Below are positions 1 through 12,312 of a stretch of DNA of 64,000 nucleotides, piece by piece. A program made the translations under genes and the position numbers. The stretch spans positions 129,893 to 193,892 of the forward strand of contig NZ_CBDCUB010000006.1 of the NCBI RefSeq assembly GCF_965222475.1, read 5' to 3'. The notes under the pieces are model-generated. The model was not told the origin of the DNA. It saw nothing but the letters and a program-made list of their open reading frames with translations, and did not search any database. Each line of letters opens with the position of its first letter. Position 1 is the stretch's first letter. Origin of the DNA: Candidatus Palauibacter sp. (GTDB taxonomy: Bacteria; Gemmatimonadota; Gemmatimonadetes; Palauibacterales; Palauibacteraceae).

Positions 1-871
1 CGCGCACCGCCTTGTGGAGGGCGGAAATGAGGTTGAAGTGCTCTTCGCCCGATTTGTCGTAGCGCGCGAACCGCTTCTGCAGCGCGGCCGCCACATGCTC
101 GACGGTAATCGCGGGCGCACCGTTGGCGCGGGCCAGGTCCGCCGCCGTTTCAAGCGCGTTCAGCGCCCTCCGGGCGTCCCCGTCGGCCTCGATCCCGAGG
201 CGGGAGAGGGCGTCCGCATCGACCGTGAGACCCTGGGCCCCGAGCCCGCGCTTCGGGTCGCGGAGGGCGCGGGCGCAGATCTCGCCGACTTCCTCGGGCG
301 CCAGCGGGTCGAGCACGAACACGCGGGTGCGTGAGAGGAGCGGCCCCACGACCTCGAAACTGGGGTTCTCGGTCGTCGCTCCGATCAGCGTGACCGCGCC
401 GCGCTCGACGTGCGGGAGGAGGGCATCCTGCTGCGCCCGGTTGAAGCGGTGGATCTCATCCACGAAGAGGACGGTGCCGCGGCCGGTGGCGGCCCGGCGC
501 GCCTTCGCCTCCTCGAGGATCTTTCGCACGCGCGGGATGCCGTCCGTGACCGCCGAGAAGGGGATGAACGCGGCCTCCATGCGGCTCGCGAGCAGCCCGG
601 CGAGGGTCGTCTTCCCGGTCCCGGGCGGACCCCAGAAGATGAGGCTCGGCACGCGGCCGCTCTCGATGAGCTGGCGCAGGGGCCGGCCCTCCCCCACGAG
701 CTTCGACTGGCCGACGAATTCGTCCAGCGAGCGCGGCCGTATACGGGCGGCGAGAGGCGCGGCGGCGGCGCGGGCGTCGTCACCCGTGCGTCGGCCGGCC
801 ACGTCCGCGTCGTCGTCGGAGCGCTGCGCGCGCGGCTCCAGATCCGGGAACAGGCTCGGTTCGTCAGGCAT
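1..871 (-). CDS. rarA: Replication-associated recombination protein A (MgsA/RarA AAA+ ATPase), runs off the left edge
   Basis: Manual translation from ATG 871: APLAARIRPRSLDEFVGQ, Walker A WGPPGTGKTT, LFVDEIHRFNRAQQDALLPHVE, IGATTENPSFEV. Confidence 0.95.
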   Translation of the reverse strand, partial: MPDEPSLFPDLEPRAQRSDDDADVAGRRTGDDARAAAAPLAARIRPRSLDEFVGQSKLVGEGRPLRQLIESGRVPSLIFWGPPGTGKTTLAGLLASRMEAAFIPFSAVTDGIPRVRKILEEAKARRAATGRGTVLFVDEIHRFNRAQQDALLPHVERGAVTLIGATTENPSFEVVGPLLSRTRVFVLDPLAPEEVGEICARALRDPKRGLGAQGLTVDADALSRLGIEADGDARRALNALETAADLARANGAPAITVEHVAAALQKRFARYDKSGEEHFNLISALHKAVR

Positions 872-2252
872 CGGCCCCTGGTCGCTCATCGCCGGCGGAG
901 GGCGCGCCGGATCCGCCGCCCGGCCGGGATGCCTCGGTGAGCGCGCCCATCTCGATCAGCCGCCGGGCCTCCCCGAGCAGGCTCGCGCGTTCGTTGCGGC
1001 CCGGGTCCTCGAGCACCTGCTCCAGCAGTTCCTCGAGCAGGAGCCGCACGAGAGGACCCGGAGACATCCCGAGCTCGAGGAGATCATCGCCCTTGACCGC
1101 GAGGTCGGCGAGGCTGAGCGGCGGCGCTTCGAGCCACTCCCGGCGCACGCGCTCCCGGGTCGCCTCCAGGTAGCGCTCCGCCTGCTCCGCCCGCTCCGCC
1201 TCTTCGGCGCGCGCCCCGGCGAAGTGCAGCGCGAAGACGTCATCCCACGCCTTCCCGGCGGAGGCGAGCCAGCGCCGGTGCTCCGCGGCGGAATCCGTGG
1301 GCCCCACGAACGGGAGGAAGAGCCGCGCCAGCCGCGTGACGTAGCCCCGGTCGGCGTTGGAGAATCTGAGCCGCGACAGCAGCGCCTCGGCGACCTCCGC
1401 CCGCCCCTCCGGCGTGTCGGCCGCGGAAACAACCAACCGAGCCAGCCGTACGTTCAGTTCCCGCGCCGGGACGGCATCCACGGCGCCGAGCGCGGCCAGC
1501 CATGCGCCCCGGTCGGCGGCGAGCCCGAGCAGCTCCGGGTACCAGTGGGCGAGCGCCCCGCGCGTCGCGTACAGGTCGAGCCCCGCGGACGGATTCGGGT
1601 CGCCCAGCACCTTCATCAACTCCTTCCGGACGCGCTCGGCCGACAGCACGGCCAGGCCGTCGACCGCCTCCCGCAGGGCCTCGTCCGTGCGCGGCTCCAC
1701 CGCCCAGCCGAAGCGTCCGGCGAACCGGAACCCGCGCAGCACCCGGAGATAGTCTTCGCGGAAGCGGGCCCCGGGATCGCCCACGGCGCGCAGGATCCCG
1801 GACTCGATGTCCGCCAGGCCGCCGTACGGGTCCCGGACCTGGCCCGACGCCGGTCGCCACGCGATCGCGTTCACCGTGAAGTCGCGGCGGCCCAGGTCTT
1901 CCTCGATCGACGACGCGAAGACCACGCGGGCGTGCCGGCCGTCGGTCTCGACGTCGCGCCGAAAGGTCGTGACCTCGTACAGAACCCCGCCGTCGAGCAC
2001 GCCCACCGTCCCGTGCGACACGCCGACGGGCACCGTGCGCGGGAAGAGATCCATGACCTCGTCCGGACGCGCGTCCGTCGCCAGGTCCCAGTCCGCCTGC
2101 TTCGGATCGGCATCGCCCCCGATCTGCTGGACGAAGGCGTCGCGGAGGGAGCCGCCGACGGCCCAGGCCTCGAAACCTCCGCGCTCGAGCCGCCGGGCGA
2201 TCCGCCGAAAGCCTTCGGGCGGCGCGAGGCGGCCCGGATCGAGTCCGGTCAC
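864..2252 (-). CDS. cca: CCA tRNA nucleotidyltransferase / poly(A) polymerase family
   Basis: VGGSLRD, DWDLAT, EVTTFRRD, DLGRRDFTVNA, EDYLRVLRGFRF motifs. Confidence 0.93.
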   Translation of the reverse strand: MTGLDPGRLAPPEGFRRIARRLERGGFEAWAVGGSLRDAFVQQIGGDADPKQADWDLATDARPDEVMDLFPRTVPVGVSHGTVGVLDGGVLYEVTTFRRDVETDGRHARVVFASSIEEDLGRRDFTVNAIAWRPASGQVRDPYGGLADIESGILRAVGDPGARFREDYLRVLRGFRFAGRFGWAVEPRTDEALREAVDGLAVLSAERVRKELMKVLGDPNPSAGLDLYATRGALAHWYPELLGLAADRGAWLAALGAVDAVPARELNVRLARLVVSAADTPEGRAEVAEALLSRLRFSNADRGYVTRLARLFLPFVGPTDSAAEHRRWLASAGKAWDDVFALHFAGARAEEAERAEQAERYLEATRERVRREWLEAPPLSLADLAVKGDDLLELGMSPGPLVRLLLEELLEQVLEDPGRNERASLLGEARRLIEMGALTEASRPGGGSGAPSAGDERPGADA

Positions 2253-2307
2253 GGGAGGGCCGTTGAAACCCGGAGCCTCGCAGCGTTCCCGCGCGGGCGG
2301 TCGGGAC

Positions 2308-3081
2308 TCAGCCGCACAGCACGCTGCCGCCGTTCACGTTGAGGATCTCGCCGGTGATGTGACGGGCGGCGTCGGAGAGGAGGAAGCAGATCGGCCCGGC
2401 GATATCCTCGGGCGTCGCGACGCGCCCGAGCGGGATCAGGGCCAGGGCGGCACGGCCCGCCTCGCCCCGGAGCGCGGGCGCGGACATGTCCGTGGCGACC
2501 CACCCCGGGGCGACGGCGTTCACGTTGATCGAGCGCGGTCCGAGTTCGGTCGCGATCGACTTGCAGAACGCATTGATGGCGCCCTTCGATGCCGCGTAGT
2601 GGCTGTGCTCCGCCTCCCCTCGCTGGGCCGCGGTCGAGGAGACGAGGACGATGCGGGAATCCGGCCTCATGCGGCACGCGGCCTCCCGCGTGCCGGCGTA
2701 GATCGACGTGAGGTTGATGTCGAGCATTCGGCGCCATTCATCCGAACCGAGCGCCTCGATCGGCCTCGGGTCCACGTTCCAGATGCCGGCGTTGCCGACG
2801 AAGCCGTCCAGGCCGCCGAACTCGGCGTCCGCACGCTCGAACAGCGCTCGACACTCCGCGGGTTCGGCGAGGTCGCCCCCCGCGCACCAGTGGGTCCCTT
2901 CCGGGGCCAGTTCTCGCGCCTCCTCGATCGCTCGCCGCGCTTCATCCGCGGCCCGGTGATAGGCGATCCCGACCGACGCGCCGGAGGCCGCGAGACCGCG
3001 CACCGTGGCACGGCCGATCCCGCGCGAGCCACCCGTCACGAGTACGCGCTTGCCCGCCAGCCCGGGCAGACCCCCGCTCAT
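2308..3081 (-). CDS. SDR family oxidoreductase (FabG-like)
   Basis: VTGGSRGIG, NAG, YAASK, NAVAPG; start set at MSGGLPG overlapping the upstream stop. Confidence 0.9.
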   Translation of the reverse strand: MSGGLPGLAGKRVLVTGGSRGIGRATVRGLAASGASVGIAYHRAADEARRAIEEARELAPEGTHWCAGGDLAEPAECRALFERADAEFGGLDGFVGNAGIWNVDPRPIEALGSDEWRRMLDINLTSIYAGTREAACRMRPDSRIVLVSSTAAQRGEAEHSHYAASKGAINAFCKSIATELGPRSINVNAVAPGWVATDMSAPALRGEAGRAALALIPLGRVATPEDIAGPICFLLSDAARHITGEILNVNGGSVLCG

Positions 3082-3455
3082 CCAGCGTCTTCCCGCGCCT
3101 CGGCGCGCGTGTGGAAGCGCTCGCCGATCACGCCGCGCGGACCGATCCGACGCGCGAGGCGGAGCGCCCGGGCCGCGCTCCCGCCGAGGCCCGGTTCGGC
3201 GGCGGCTTCGAGCGCGTACGTAAGGATCGCGTCGGCCGCCAGCAGGTTGATCGCACTCCCGCGATTCCCCTCCCCGTTGGCGACGGTCTCCAACGCGTCG
3301 AGGGCCACGGACACGAGGCCCTCCTCGTCGTCGCTCGGGACGCCAACCACCAGCGAGCGGATCGCGTCCGCCAGCTCCGGCGGCGCCTCCCGGAGCCGGG
3401 CCTGCAACCACGTCTCGAGTGTGATCGACGGGCCGGTCACGTGGGTCTCGTTCAT
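3078..3455 (-). CDS. Hypothetical protein
   Basis: Fills the gap between alaS and the SDR gene with tight coupling; LLAADAILTYALEAAAE helix. Confidence 0.7.
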   Translation of the reverse strand: MNETHVTGPSITLETWLQARLREAPPELADAIRSLVVGVPSDDEEGLVSVALDALETVANGEGNRGSAINLLAADAILTYALEAAAEPGLGGSAARALRLARRIGPRGVIGERFHTRAEAREDAG

Positions 3456-3459
3456 GCCA

Positions 3460-6111
<2,652 letters not shown>

Positions 6112-6191
6112 CGTCTGATCTTCCGACCCGCTGTGTTCGGTTTTCCCGTTACCGCCCGCCGGCCCGGCGGCAGCCGGCGGCCCCACCCGCG

Positions 6192-6845
6192 CTACGCACC
6201 CGAGCCGTCGTCCTCAGGCCAATATGCCTCGATCCAGGCCCGAACGCTCCCCGCGGAGAACCCCCGTCTCGCCAGATAGGCGAACAGGCGGCGGCGCGCC
6301 GTTGCCGGTTCCGTCTCCTTCAGCCTCGACGCCCGCCTCGCGGCGACGCGATCGAGCAGCGCGCCCTCCGTGACCCCTTCTTCGGCCATCGCGGCACGAA
6401 TCCCGTGCTCGGCAGCCTCGGGCGACACACCTCGCGCCAGGAGATCGGACCGCATCCTCCGAACCCCGCACGGCCGCAGCCGAATACGGTCGCGGGCGAA
6501 GGCCGCCGCGAAGTCTCCGTCGTCCAGATACCCCAGCGCTTCCAGCCGTTCCAGGGCGCGCTCGATCCCCGCCGGATCGATACGATCCCGGCGCAGCCGT
6601 CGCTCTACTTCCCGGCGGCTCCGCGGACGGACGGAAAGGTATCGCAGGCCCACTCGCATCGCCTCGGCCCGGGCCGCGGACGCGAGTACGGCGGCGAGTT
6701 CGGTCTCGCCGAGGTCGGCCCCGACCTCGAGCCGCAGGCGGTACACGTCCTCATCGGGAAGCAGGCAGGGGGTGGCCCTGTCGAGTTGGATCTCCGTCCA
6801 GCCGGACCGGCGCTTCGCCGGAGAGAGACCCGTTACTTCAGGCAT
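6192..6845 (-). CDS. recX: Regulatory protein RecX
   Basis: LRYLSVRPRSRREV, GYLDD..FA, LARRGF; directly downstream of recA. Confidence 0.9.
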   Translation of the reverse strand: MPEVTGLSPAKRRSGWTEIQLDRATPCLLPDEDVYRLRLEVGADLGETELAAVLASAARAEAMRVGLRYLSVRPRSRREVERRLRRDRIDPAGIERALERLEALGYLDDGDFAAAFARDRIRLRPCGVRRMRSDLLARGVSPEAAEHGIRAAMAEEGVTEGALLDRVAARRASRLKETEPATARRRLFAYLARRGFSAGSVRAWIEAYWPEDDGSGA

Positions 6846-6927
6846 GGGCGGTGCGACGGGCCGAAAGGACGGCGTCCTCTTCCCGCACCGGCCGCGGCCG
6901 GCGATGGGCCGCGGCCGGCACCGCGAT

Positions 6928-8013
6928 TCAGCGGCGCGCCGCCTGATTCGTCGACGCGCCGGCCTTGCCGGCGGCCTTGTCCGAGGGCGCACCCTTCGCG
7001 GCATCGTCCGGCTCAGGCACCGTCATCCCGAGTTCCTCGCGGATCCGGGCCTCGATTTCCTCCGCGATGTCGGGATTCTCCCGCAGGAAGGCCTTCGAAT
7101 TCTCGCGGCCCTGGCCGAGCCGGACGTCGTCTCCGTAGGAGTACCAGGCTCCGGCGCGATTCACGATGCCGAGTTGCTCGCCCATGTCTACCAGGAGGCC
7201 TTCCCGGCTCACCCCCTGGTTGAACATGATGTCGAACTCGGCCTGCTTGAACGGCGGGGCGCACTTGTTCTTGACGATCTTCACGCGCGTCCGGCTGCCG
7301 ATCAGGTTCGTGCCTTCCTTGATCGACGCGATCCTGCGGATGTCGAGCCGGAGCGACGCGTAGAACTTCAGCGCCCGGCCGCCGGTCGTCGTCTCGGGAC
7401 TCCCGTACATCACGCCGATCTTCTCGCGGATCTGGTTCGTGAAGATGACGGCGGTGTTCGAGCGGCCGATCGCTCCCGTCAGCTTGCGGAGCGCCTGCGA
7501 CATGAGCCGCGCCTGCAGGCCGACGTGCGAATCCCCCATCTCCCCTTCGATCTCCGCGCGGGGGACGAGCGCCGCGACGGAGTCGATCACGACGACGTCC
7601 AGGGCGCCGGACCGGACGAGCACTTCGGCGATCTCGAGCGCCTGTTCGCCGGTGTCCGGCTGCGAGACGAGCAGGTTCTCGATGTCGACGCCCAGCTTCT
7701 GAGCATACCCCACGTCGAGCGCGTGCTCGGCGTCGATGAAGGCCGCCACGCCCCCGTCCTTCTGCGCGTTGGCGATCACGTGCAGCGTGAGGGTCGTCTT
7801 TCCGGAAGATTCCGGGCCGAAGATCTCGCTCACGCGCGACCTCGGAATCCCTCCGATCCCGGTGCCGTGATCCAGGTTCAGCGCCCCGGTGGAGATGGCC
7901 GGGATCCGGATCCGGGCCCCCTCGTTCCCCAGTCTCATGATGGCCCCCTTGCCGTGGGCCCGCTCGATCTGGTTGAGGGCGACGGCAAGCGCTTTCTTCT
8001 GCTCCTGGTTCAT
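6928..8013 (-). CDS. recA: Recombinase RecA
   Basis: [46 protein letters not shown]; start 8013 or 8025. Confidence 0.99.
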   Translation of the reverse strand: MNQEQKKALAVALNQIERAHGKGAIMRLGNEGARIRIPAISTGALNLDHGTGIGGIPRSRVSEIFGPESSGKTTLTLHVIANAQKDGGVAAFIDAEHALDVGYAQKLGVDIENLLVSQPDTGEQALEIAEVLVRSGALDVVVIDSVAALVPRAEIEGEMGDSHVGLQARLMSQALRKLTGAIGRSNTAVIFTNQIREKIGVMYGSPETTTGGRALKFYASLRLDIRRIASIKEGTNLIGSRTRVKIVKNKCAPPFKQAEFDIMFNQGVSREGLLVDMGEQLGIVNRAGAWYSYGDDVRLGQGRENSKAFLRENPDIAEEIEARIREELGMTVPEPDDAAKGAPSDKAAGKAGASTNQAARR

Positions 8014-8125
8014 CTCCACACCCATTTCACTCTCCCGGATTCCGAGGGTCCGCGTGTTTGACGACCCGACCGCCCATGGCCGGGGGTTTCGTCGGTTCGG
8101 TTGCGGCCCGTCGCGACGGAGCTTG

Positions 8126-8162
8126 AGAATACCACGATTCTCGACCTTTCGCAATTTCTTCG
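8126..8162 (-). promoter_or_regulatory. Putative sigma70 recA promoter with overlapping operator-like repeats
   Basis: Minus strand TTGCGA (8154-8149), 17 bp, TATTCT (8131-8126) preceded by TG; overlapping direct and inverted repeats. Confidence 0.6.
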
Positions 8163-8226
8163 GTTTCCTTCCGACCGGGCCGGCCGCTGGCTTCCAACCA
8201 GGGTGCGGGCGGGTCTCAACCGGACG

Positions 8227-8613
8227 TCAACCGCGGGTCGCAAGGGCGGTCCCGCACGCGGGGCAGAAGGCCTCATCCCCGCCCAGCGGCGATGCGCAAC
8301 CCGGACAGCTTCCCGGGGACTCGGGGCCATCCCCGGGGCTGCGGGCACGGCCGCCCTCCGCCCCCGAGGCCGCGGCGTTACGCGCTTCCAGGGCCTCCCG
8401 CTCCAGGCGCTCGCGGACGGCCGCGTACTCCTCGCGGGAGAGCTTGCCGGTGCGGTACTCCAGTTCGAGATCCCGGAGCGCCTCGATCGCGGCGTCGCGG
8501 CGCTCGGCGGCCCCGAGCGCCGCCCCCGTGTCCTCTCCGGCCCGTATCGCGGCCCAGACGATCGTGGCGAGGAGCACGAGCAGGATGCCGCCGAAGAGCA
8601 CGAACCCGGTCAC
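8227..8613 (-). CDS. Membrane protein with CcmI/CycH-like N-terminus and C-terminal zinc ribbon
   Basis: N-terminal TM helix, LRDLELEYRTGKLSREEY, CPGC...CPAC; GTG start overlaps upstream stop. Confidence 0.75.
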   Translation of the reverse strand: MTGFVLFGGILLVLLATIVWAAIRAGEDTGAALGAAERRDAAIEALRDLELEYRTGKLSREEYAAVRERLEREALEARNAAASGAEGGRARSPGDGPESPGSCPGCASPLGGDEAFCPACGTALATRG

Positions 8614-9089
8614 GCGGGCCTCGCCCTCCGGCCCGCGGCGAGTTCGAGGGCGCGCTCCGCGGCCTCCACCGCGCCGTCCGCGGTCTCGTCGGTGACGCCC
8701 TCGGGGAGCCTCGAGGCGAGTCCGATCACGGGAATACCGAACTTCCGGCAGAACGCCGCTTCGCTCAGCGTCCCCCACTCCCCGGCGATCGCGACGACCG
8801 CCTCCGAGGCCCGCGCCACCAGGACGTTGCGCGCCTCGCCGAGTCCCGTGGGGATCGGGATCGTGACCCCGCTCGCGGCGCCGTCCGCATCGGAACCGGG
8901 CAGGATCCCGACCACCGTACCTCCCTCGGCCGCGGCGCCCTCCGAGGCGGCTTGCATGACGCCGCCCATGCCGCCGCAGACGACGATCGCGCCGGCGCGG
9001 GCGAGGGTCGCCCCGGCGGCCCGCGCCAGGTCGGCCTCGCGCGCGGTCGCGACGCCCGAGCCGATGATCCCGATCCTCAGCGGACGCAA
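8610..9089 (-). CDS. TIGR00725 / LOG-family Rossmann-fold protein
   Basis: VCGGMGGVM, VGILPG, TGLGEARN, GEWGTLSE. Confidence 0.88.
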   Translation of the reverse strand: MRPLRIGIIGSGVATAREADLARAAGATLARAGAIVVCGGMGGVMQAASEGAAAEGGTVVGILPGSDADGAASGVTIPIPTGLGEARNVLVARASEAVVAIAGEWGTLSEAAFCRKFGIPVIGLASRLPEGVTDETADGAVEAAERALELAAGRRARPA

Positions 9090-9526
9090 GCTCGGCGCTC
9101 CAGCTGCAGGGTCACCGGCCCGTCGTTCGTCAACTCCACCTCCATCATCGCGCCGAACTCGCCTTCCGCCACCTCACCACCCTCCCGGCACAGCGCCACG
9201 AACCGCTCGTACAGCGCTCGGGCCGCGGCGGGTCGCGCGGCGCCGACGAAGGAGGGGCGCCTGCCGCGGGATGCATCGCCGTAGAGGGTGAACTGTGAGA
9301 CGACGAGCAGCGCCGCACCCACGTCGCGCGCCGACCGGTTCATGCGGCCCTCGTCGTCCGCGAACACGCGCAGGCCCCACAGTTTGTCCGCCATCCATCG
9401 CATCTCGGCCTCGGAATCTTCCGGCGCGAACCCCACGAGGACCACCAGGCCGAGGCCGATCCGGCCCACGACCTCGCCTCCGACCCTCACCCGGGCCCCG
9501 CTGACCCGCTGGATCACGACTCGCAA
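9077..9526 (-). CDS. dtd: D-aminoacyl-tRNA deacylase
   Basis: MRVVIQRV, VSQFTLYGD, GRRPSF, NDGPVT. Confidence 0.96.
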   Translation of the reverse strand: MRVVIQRVSGARVRVGGEVVGRIGLGLVVLVGFAPEDSEAEMRWMADKLWGLRVFADDEGRMNRSARDVGAALLVVSQFTLYGDASRGRRPSFVGAARPAAARALYERFVALCREGGEVAEGEFGAMMEVELTNDGPVTLQLERRACVR

Positions 9527-9554
9527 TTATGCGGCCTCCCCCGGTTCTCAGTGC

Positions 9555-10300
9555 GCCGACTTCTCCACTGGAAGTGGAAAACCCGGGTCCGCCAAAAGAT
9601 GCGTCGAGTTTGGGCGTCGAGCGACGGTGCCGCTCCGCTCATGACAAATCAACTTTTTATGGACATGATATCCACAATTTATGGACACATTTTTTGGAAA
9701 AAATATCGCCAGTGCGGTCGACCCCGCTCCCACGCGGAACAACCGGCGATGGGGGGGATATCGGTTGTGGGGGAGTGGGCGCCTCCCGAGGGAAATCCTC
9801 CCCGGTGTTCCCGCCCGCTTCCCGGCGCGCGGGACATCGGCGCCACAGGAGTAGATGCACTCAGCCCCTGGCCGCCCAGAGGGCGTCAGGGGCTGAGCGA
9901 GGAGGCTTGTTTACGGCTATCAACCGCCCGATCCTGTTAGCTTGCGCGGTCCTTCAGGATCTCTGCGAGCCGCGGTACCAGTTGCCCGATCCAGCTGTGC
10001 GTGATCCCTCGTTCCTTGGCCACTTCGTCCCGTCGCCGGAACTCCGCCGCCTCCGAACCCCGGGGCGCGCGCCCCGGTTCGCGGTCCCGCATCGGGCGAC
10101 TCGCGGTGCGGTCGTCGGCCTCGACCTCCGGTAGGTCGGTACCGCCTCCCTTGGCACGTCCGAATACTAAAAAGATTTTTTTCCATCGTCAATCCCCGAT
10201 GGGATCGAGTCGCAGTTTTTCAAGAAATTCGTCAACGAGATGCGCGATTCCCCTAACGATCCGGGAACAGAATTCTCTGTTTTGCGTTTCGTCGCAGCCG
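9555..10300. promoter_or_regulatory. AT-rich intergenic region with clustered DnaA-box-like 9-mers (oriC- or datA-like candidate)
   Basis: TTCTCCACT 9561, AGTGGAAAA 9573, TATGGACAT 9658, ATATCCACA 9668, TATGGACAC 9680, TTTGGAAAA 9693; AT-rich tracts 9645-9705 and 10160-10290; no credible ORF. Confidence 0.5.
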
Positions 10301-10323
10301 TCGGCACGGGTGTCGATGGGGAC

Positions 10324-12312
10324 TCATCGTCCGGACCAGAGGTCCGCGGGGCGCGCCGATACGCGCGAACCCGACCGCGCCAGGTGTTCGAGCAGGCGGT
10401 TCAGCAGGGCGTCCGCGGGAAGCGTCCGCCTGAGTCCGGACACCGTGGCCACGATGACGAGACGTTCCCGGGCGCGGGAGAGCGCGACGTTGAGGAGCCG
10501 GGGGAAGTCGCGGTTTCGCCGCTCGTCCAGGAACCAGCTGCGTCCCGGCGGCGCGTCCACCGTGTCGATGACGACGAGCCTCTTCTCCTGGCCCTGGAAG
10601 CGGTGGATGGTACTGATCTGGAGATCGGCCGGGGCCGCGCGCCCGAGCCGGCGCCGGACGAGGTCCCGCAGCTGCCGCGTCTGCGCCCGGTAAGGGCACA
10701 CCACGGCGATTTCGGCGAAGCCGTCTCTCGCGGCCTGCGCGAGGAAGTCCGCCACGACCTCCGCGTGGGTCCGGTTGCGGCGCGATCCGTCCGCCCGTTC
10801 GACCCGGGGGTCGAGCCCGCTCGTGTCGAGCACCGTCACCGGGCGGCCCTTCGTCGGCCGGTCCCGCACTTCCGGAGCGTCCCGCAGACGGCCGCCGTAG
10901 AAGAACTCGCTCACCAGCTCGCGAATGCCGGGGGCCATCCGGTACTGGAGGTCCAGCATCGCGCAGAGTCCGTCGCTCGCGGACGGCAGACCCGAGTCGC
11001 GCGCGTCATCCACCACGCCGACTTCCCGGAACAGGTCCGTCCGGAGCCACCGCTCCGCCGTCGCGGCCGTACTCGTGACGACCGGCGGCAGTTGCTGGAA
11101 ATCCCCCACGGCGATCGCGGGCCCGGCCACTCGCGACGCCGCGAGCGCCACGTAGGGGAGCGGCGCCGTGCTGGCCTCGTCGATGAGGAGCGATTCGAAC
11201 CGCAGGCGGCGGAGTTCCTCCCGGATCGAGAGGCGCGCGAAGGTAGTGAGGACGATGTCGGCCTCCTCGAGCACGCGTTCCGCCTGCCGGGTGATCTCGA
11301 GCAGCGCGCGGCCCAGGGTCCGCGCGGCCTCCGCGTCTCCGCGCGACCTGGCGAGCGAGAGCAGGCGGCCCGCGCGGGCGTAAGGGTTGAGGGCGGAGGC
11401 GTCCCCGCGCTTCCCGGCCCCCGCAATCGCCCCCGGGCGGGCGGGCGCCCCGAACCTCCCCTCCAGATCCGCGAGCGTGCGATCCACACCGCCGGCCCCG
11501 CCTTCGATCCGCCGCGCCACGGCGGCCCCGAAGTCGATCCGCGCCTTCGGGGCGCCCCCGAGGTCGAACCCCACCCGGATGATCCGATCCCCGTCGAGGA
11601 GGGCCGGGTCGGCGATCGACGCGAGACGGCGCGCGATCTCGTCCACCGCGCCGTTCGTCGTCGCCGCGACGAGCACCCGTCCGCGGCGGGCAAGTTCCAG
11701 CGCGGCCCGCGCCACGAGTCGCGACTTGCCCGTTCCCGGCGGACCCCACACGAGCTGGGCGCTGCTTCCCAGCACGCGCTCGAGCGCATCTCGCTGGGGT
11801 CCGTTGAGGTCTTCGGACGAAGCGAGTTGCGGGGCATCCCGGCCCAGCCGGGGCGGGAGCCTGCCGAACGCCTCGAGCACCGTCTCCGGGAAGAACTCGT
11901 CCGGGTCCTCGGCCACCTCGGCCAGCCGGAGCGAGAGTTCGCGCAGAAGCCAGGTGGGATCGAACTCCAGTTCCGCCCCGTCGAGGCGCTCGCCCAGCCA
12001 TTCGGGGCTCACGGCCTGCAGGAGGCCGAGCGTGCGGTCGAAGCAGTGTACGACGCCCAGCGCGTCCCTTCCGCCGGCGTGAATCCGGACGCGGTCGTCC
12101 GCCCGGATGTCGTACATTCCGCCCGCGATCTGGAAGGCGTACCGGTAACCCGTCCCCGCCTCGCCGCGCGAACGCCCGGAGAGCGCCGGTACGGGCCGGT
12201 CGAGACCCCGGCGGACGAGGTCCGCCGTCACGGCCTCGATCTCTTCCTCTACCGCGAGGCGGAGGTCGGCCACGAGAAGCCACAGCGACTCGAGCGAGTC
12301 AGGAGTTTGCAT
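10324..12312 (-). CDS. Superfamily 1 DNA2/NAM7 (Upf1-like) helicase
   Basis: WGPPGTGKS, LIDEAS, GDFQQLPP, QYRM, TIHRFQGQEK, LNVALSRAR. Confidence 0.9.
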   Translation of the reverse strand: MQTPDSLESLWLLVADLRLAVEEEIEAVTADLVRRGLDRPVPALSGRSRGEAGTGYRYAFQIAGGMYDIRADDRVRIHAGGRDALGVVHCFDRTLGLLQAVSPEWLGERLDGAELEFDPTWLLRELSLRLAEVAEDPDEFFPETVLEAFGRLPPRLGRDAPQLASSEDLNGPQRDALERVLGSSAQLVWGPPGTGKSRLVARAALELARRGRVLVAATTNGAVDEIARRLASIADPALLDGDRIIRVGFDLGGAPKARIDFGAAVARRIEGGAGGVDRTLADLEGRFGAPARPGAIAGAGKRGDASALNPYARAGRLLSLARSRGDAEAARTLGRALLEITRQAERVLEEADIVLTTFARLSIREELRRLRFESLLIDEASTAPLPYVALAASRVAGPAIAVGDFQQLPPVVTSTAATAERWLRTDLFREVGVVDDARDSGLPSASDGLCAMLDLQYRMAPGIRELVSEFFYGGRLRDAPEVRDRPTKGRPVTVLDTSGLDPRVERADGSRRNRTHAEVVADFLAQAARDGFAEIAVVCPYRAQTRQLRDLVRRRLGRAAPADLQISTIHRFQGQEKRLVVIDTVDAPPGRSWFLDERRNRDFPRLLNVALSRARERLVIVATVSGLRRTLPADALLNRLLEHLARSGSRVSARPADLWSGR

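Noticed and set aside
9765-9780. GTGGG repeats resembling MraZ boxes
   Set aside because: Only two copies and no mraZ/dcw genes adjacent
9529-10192. Short ORFs in the AT-rich intergenic region
   Set aside because: Mutually overlapping, atypical codon usage, no motifs
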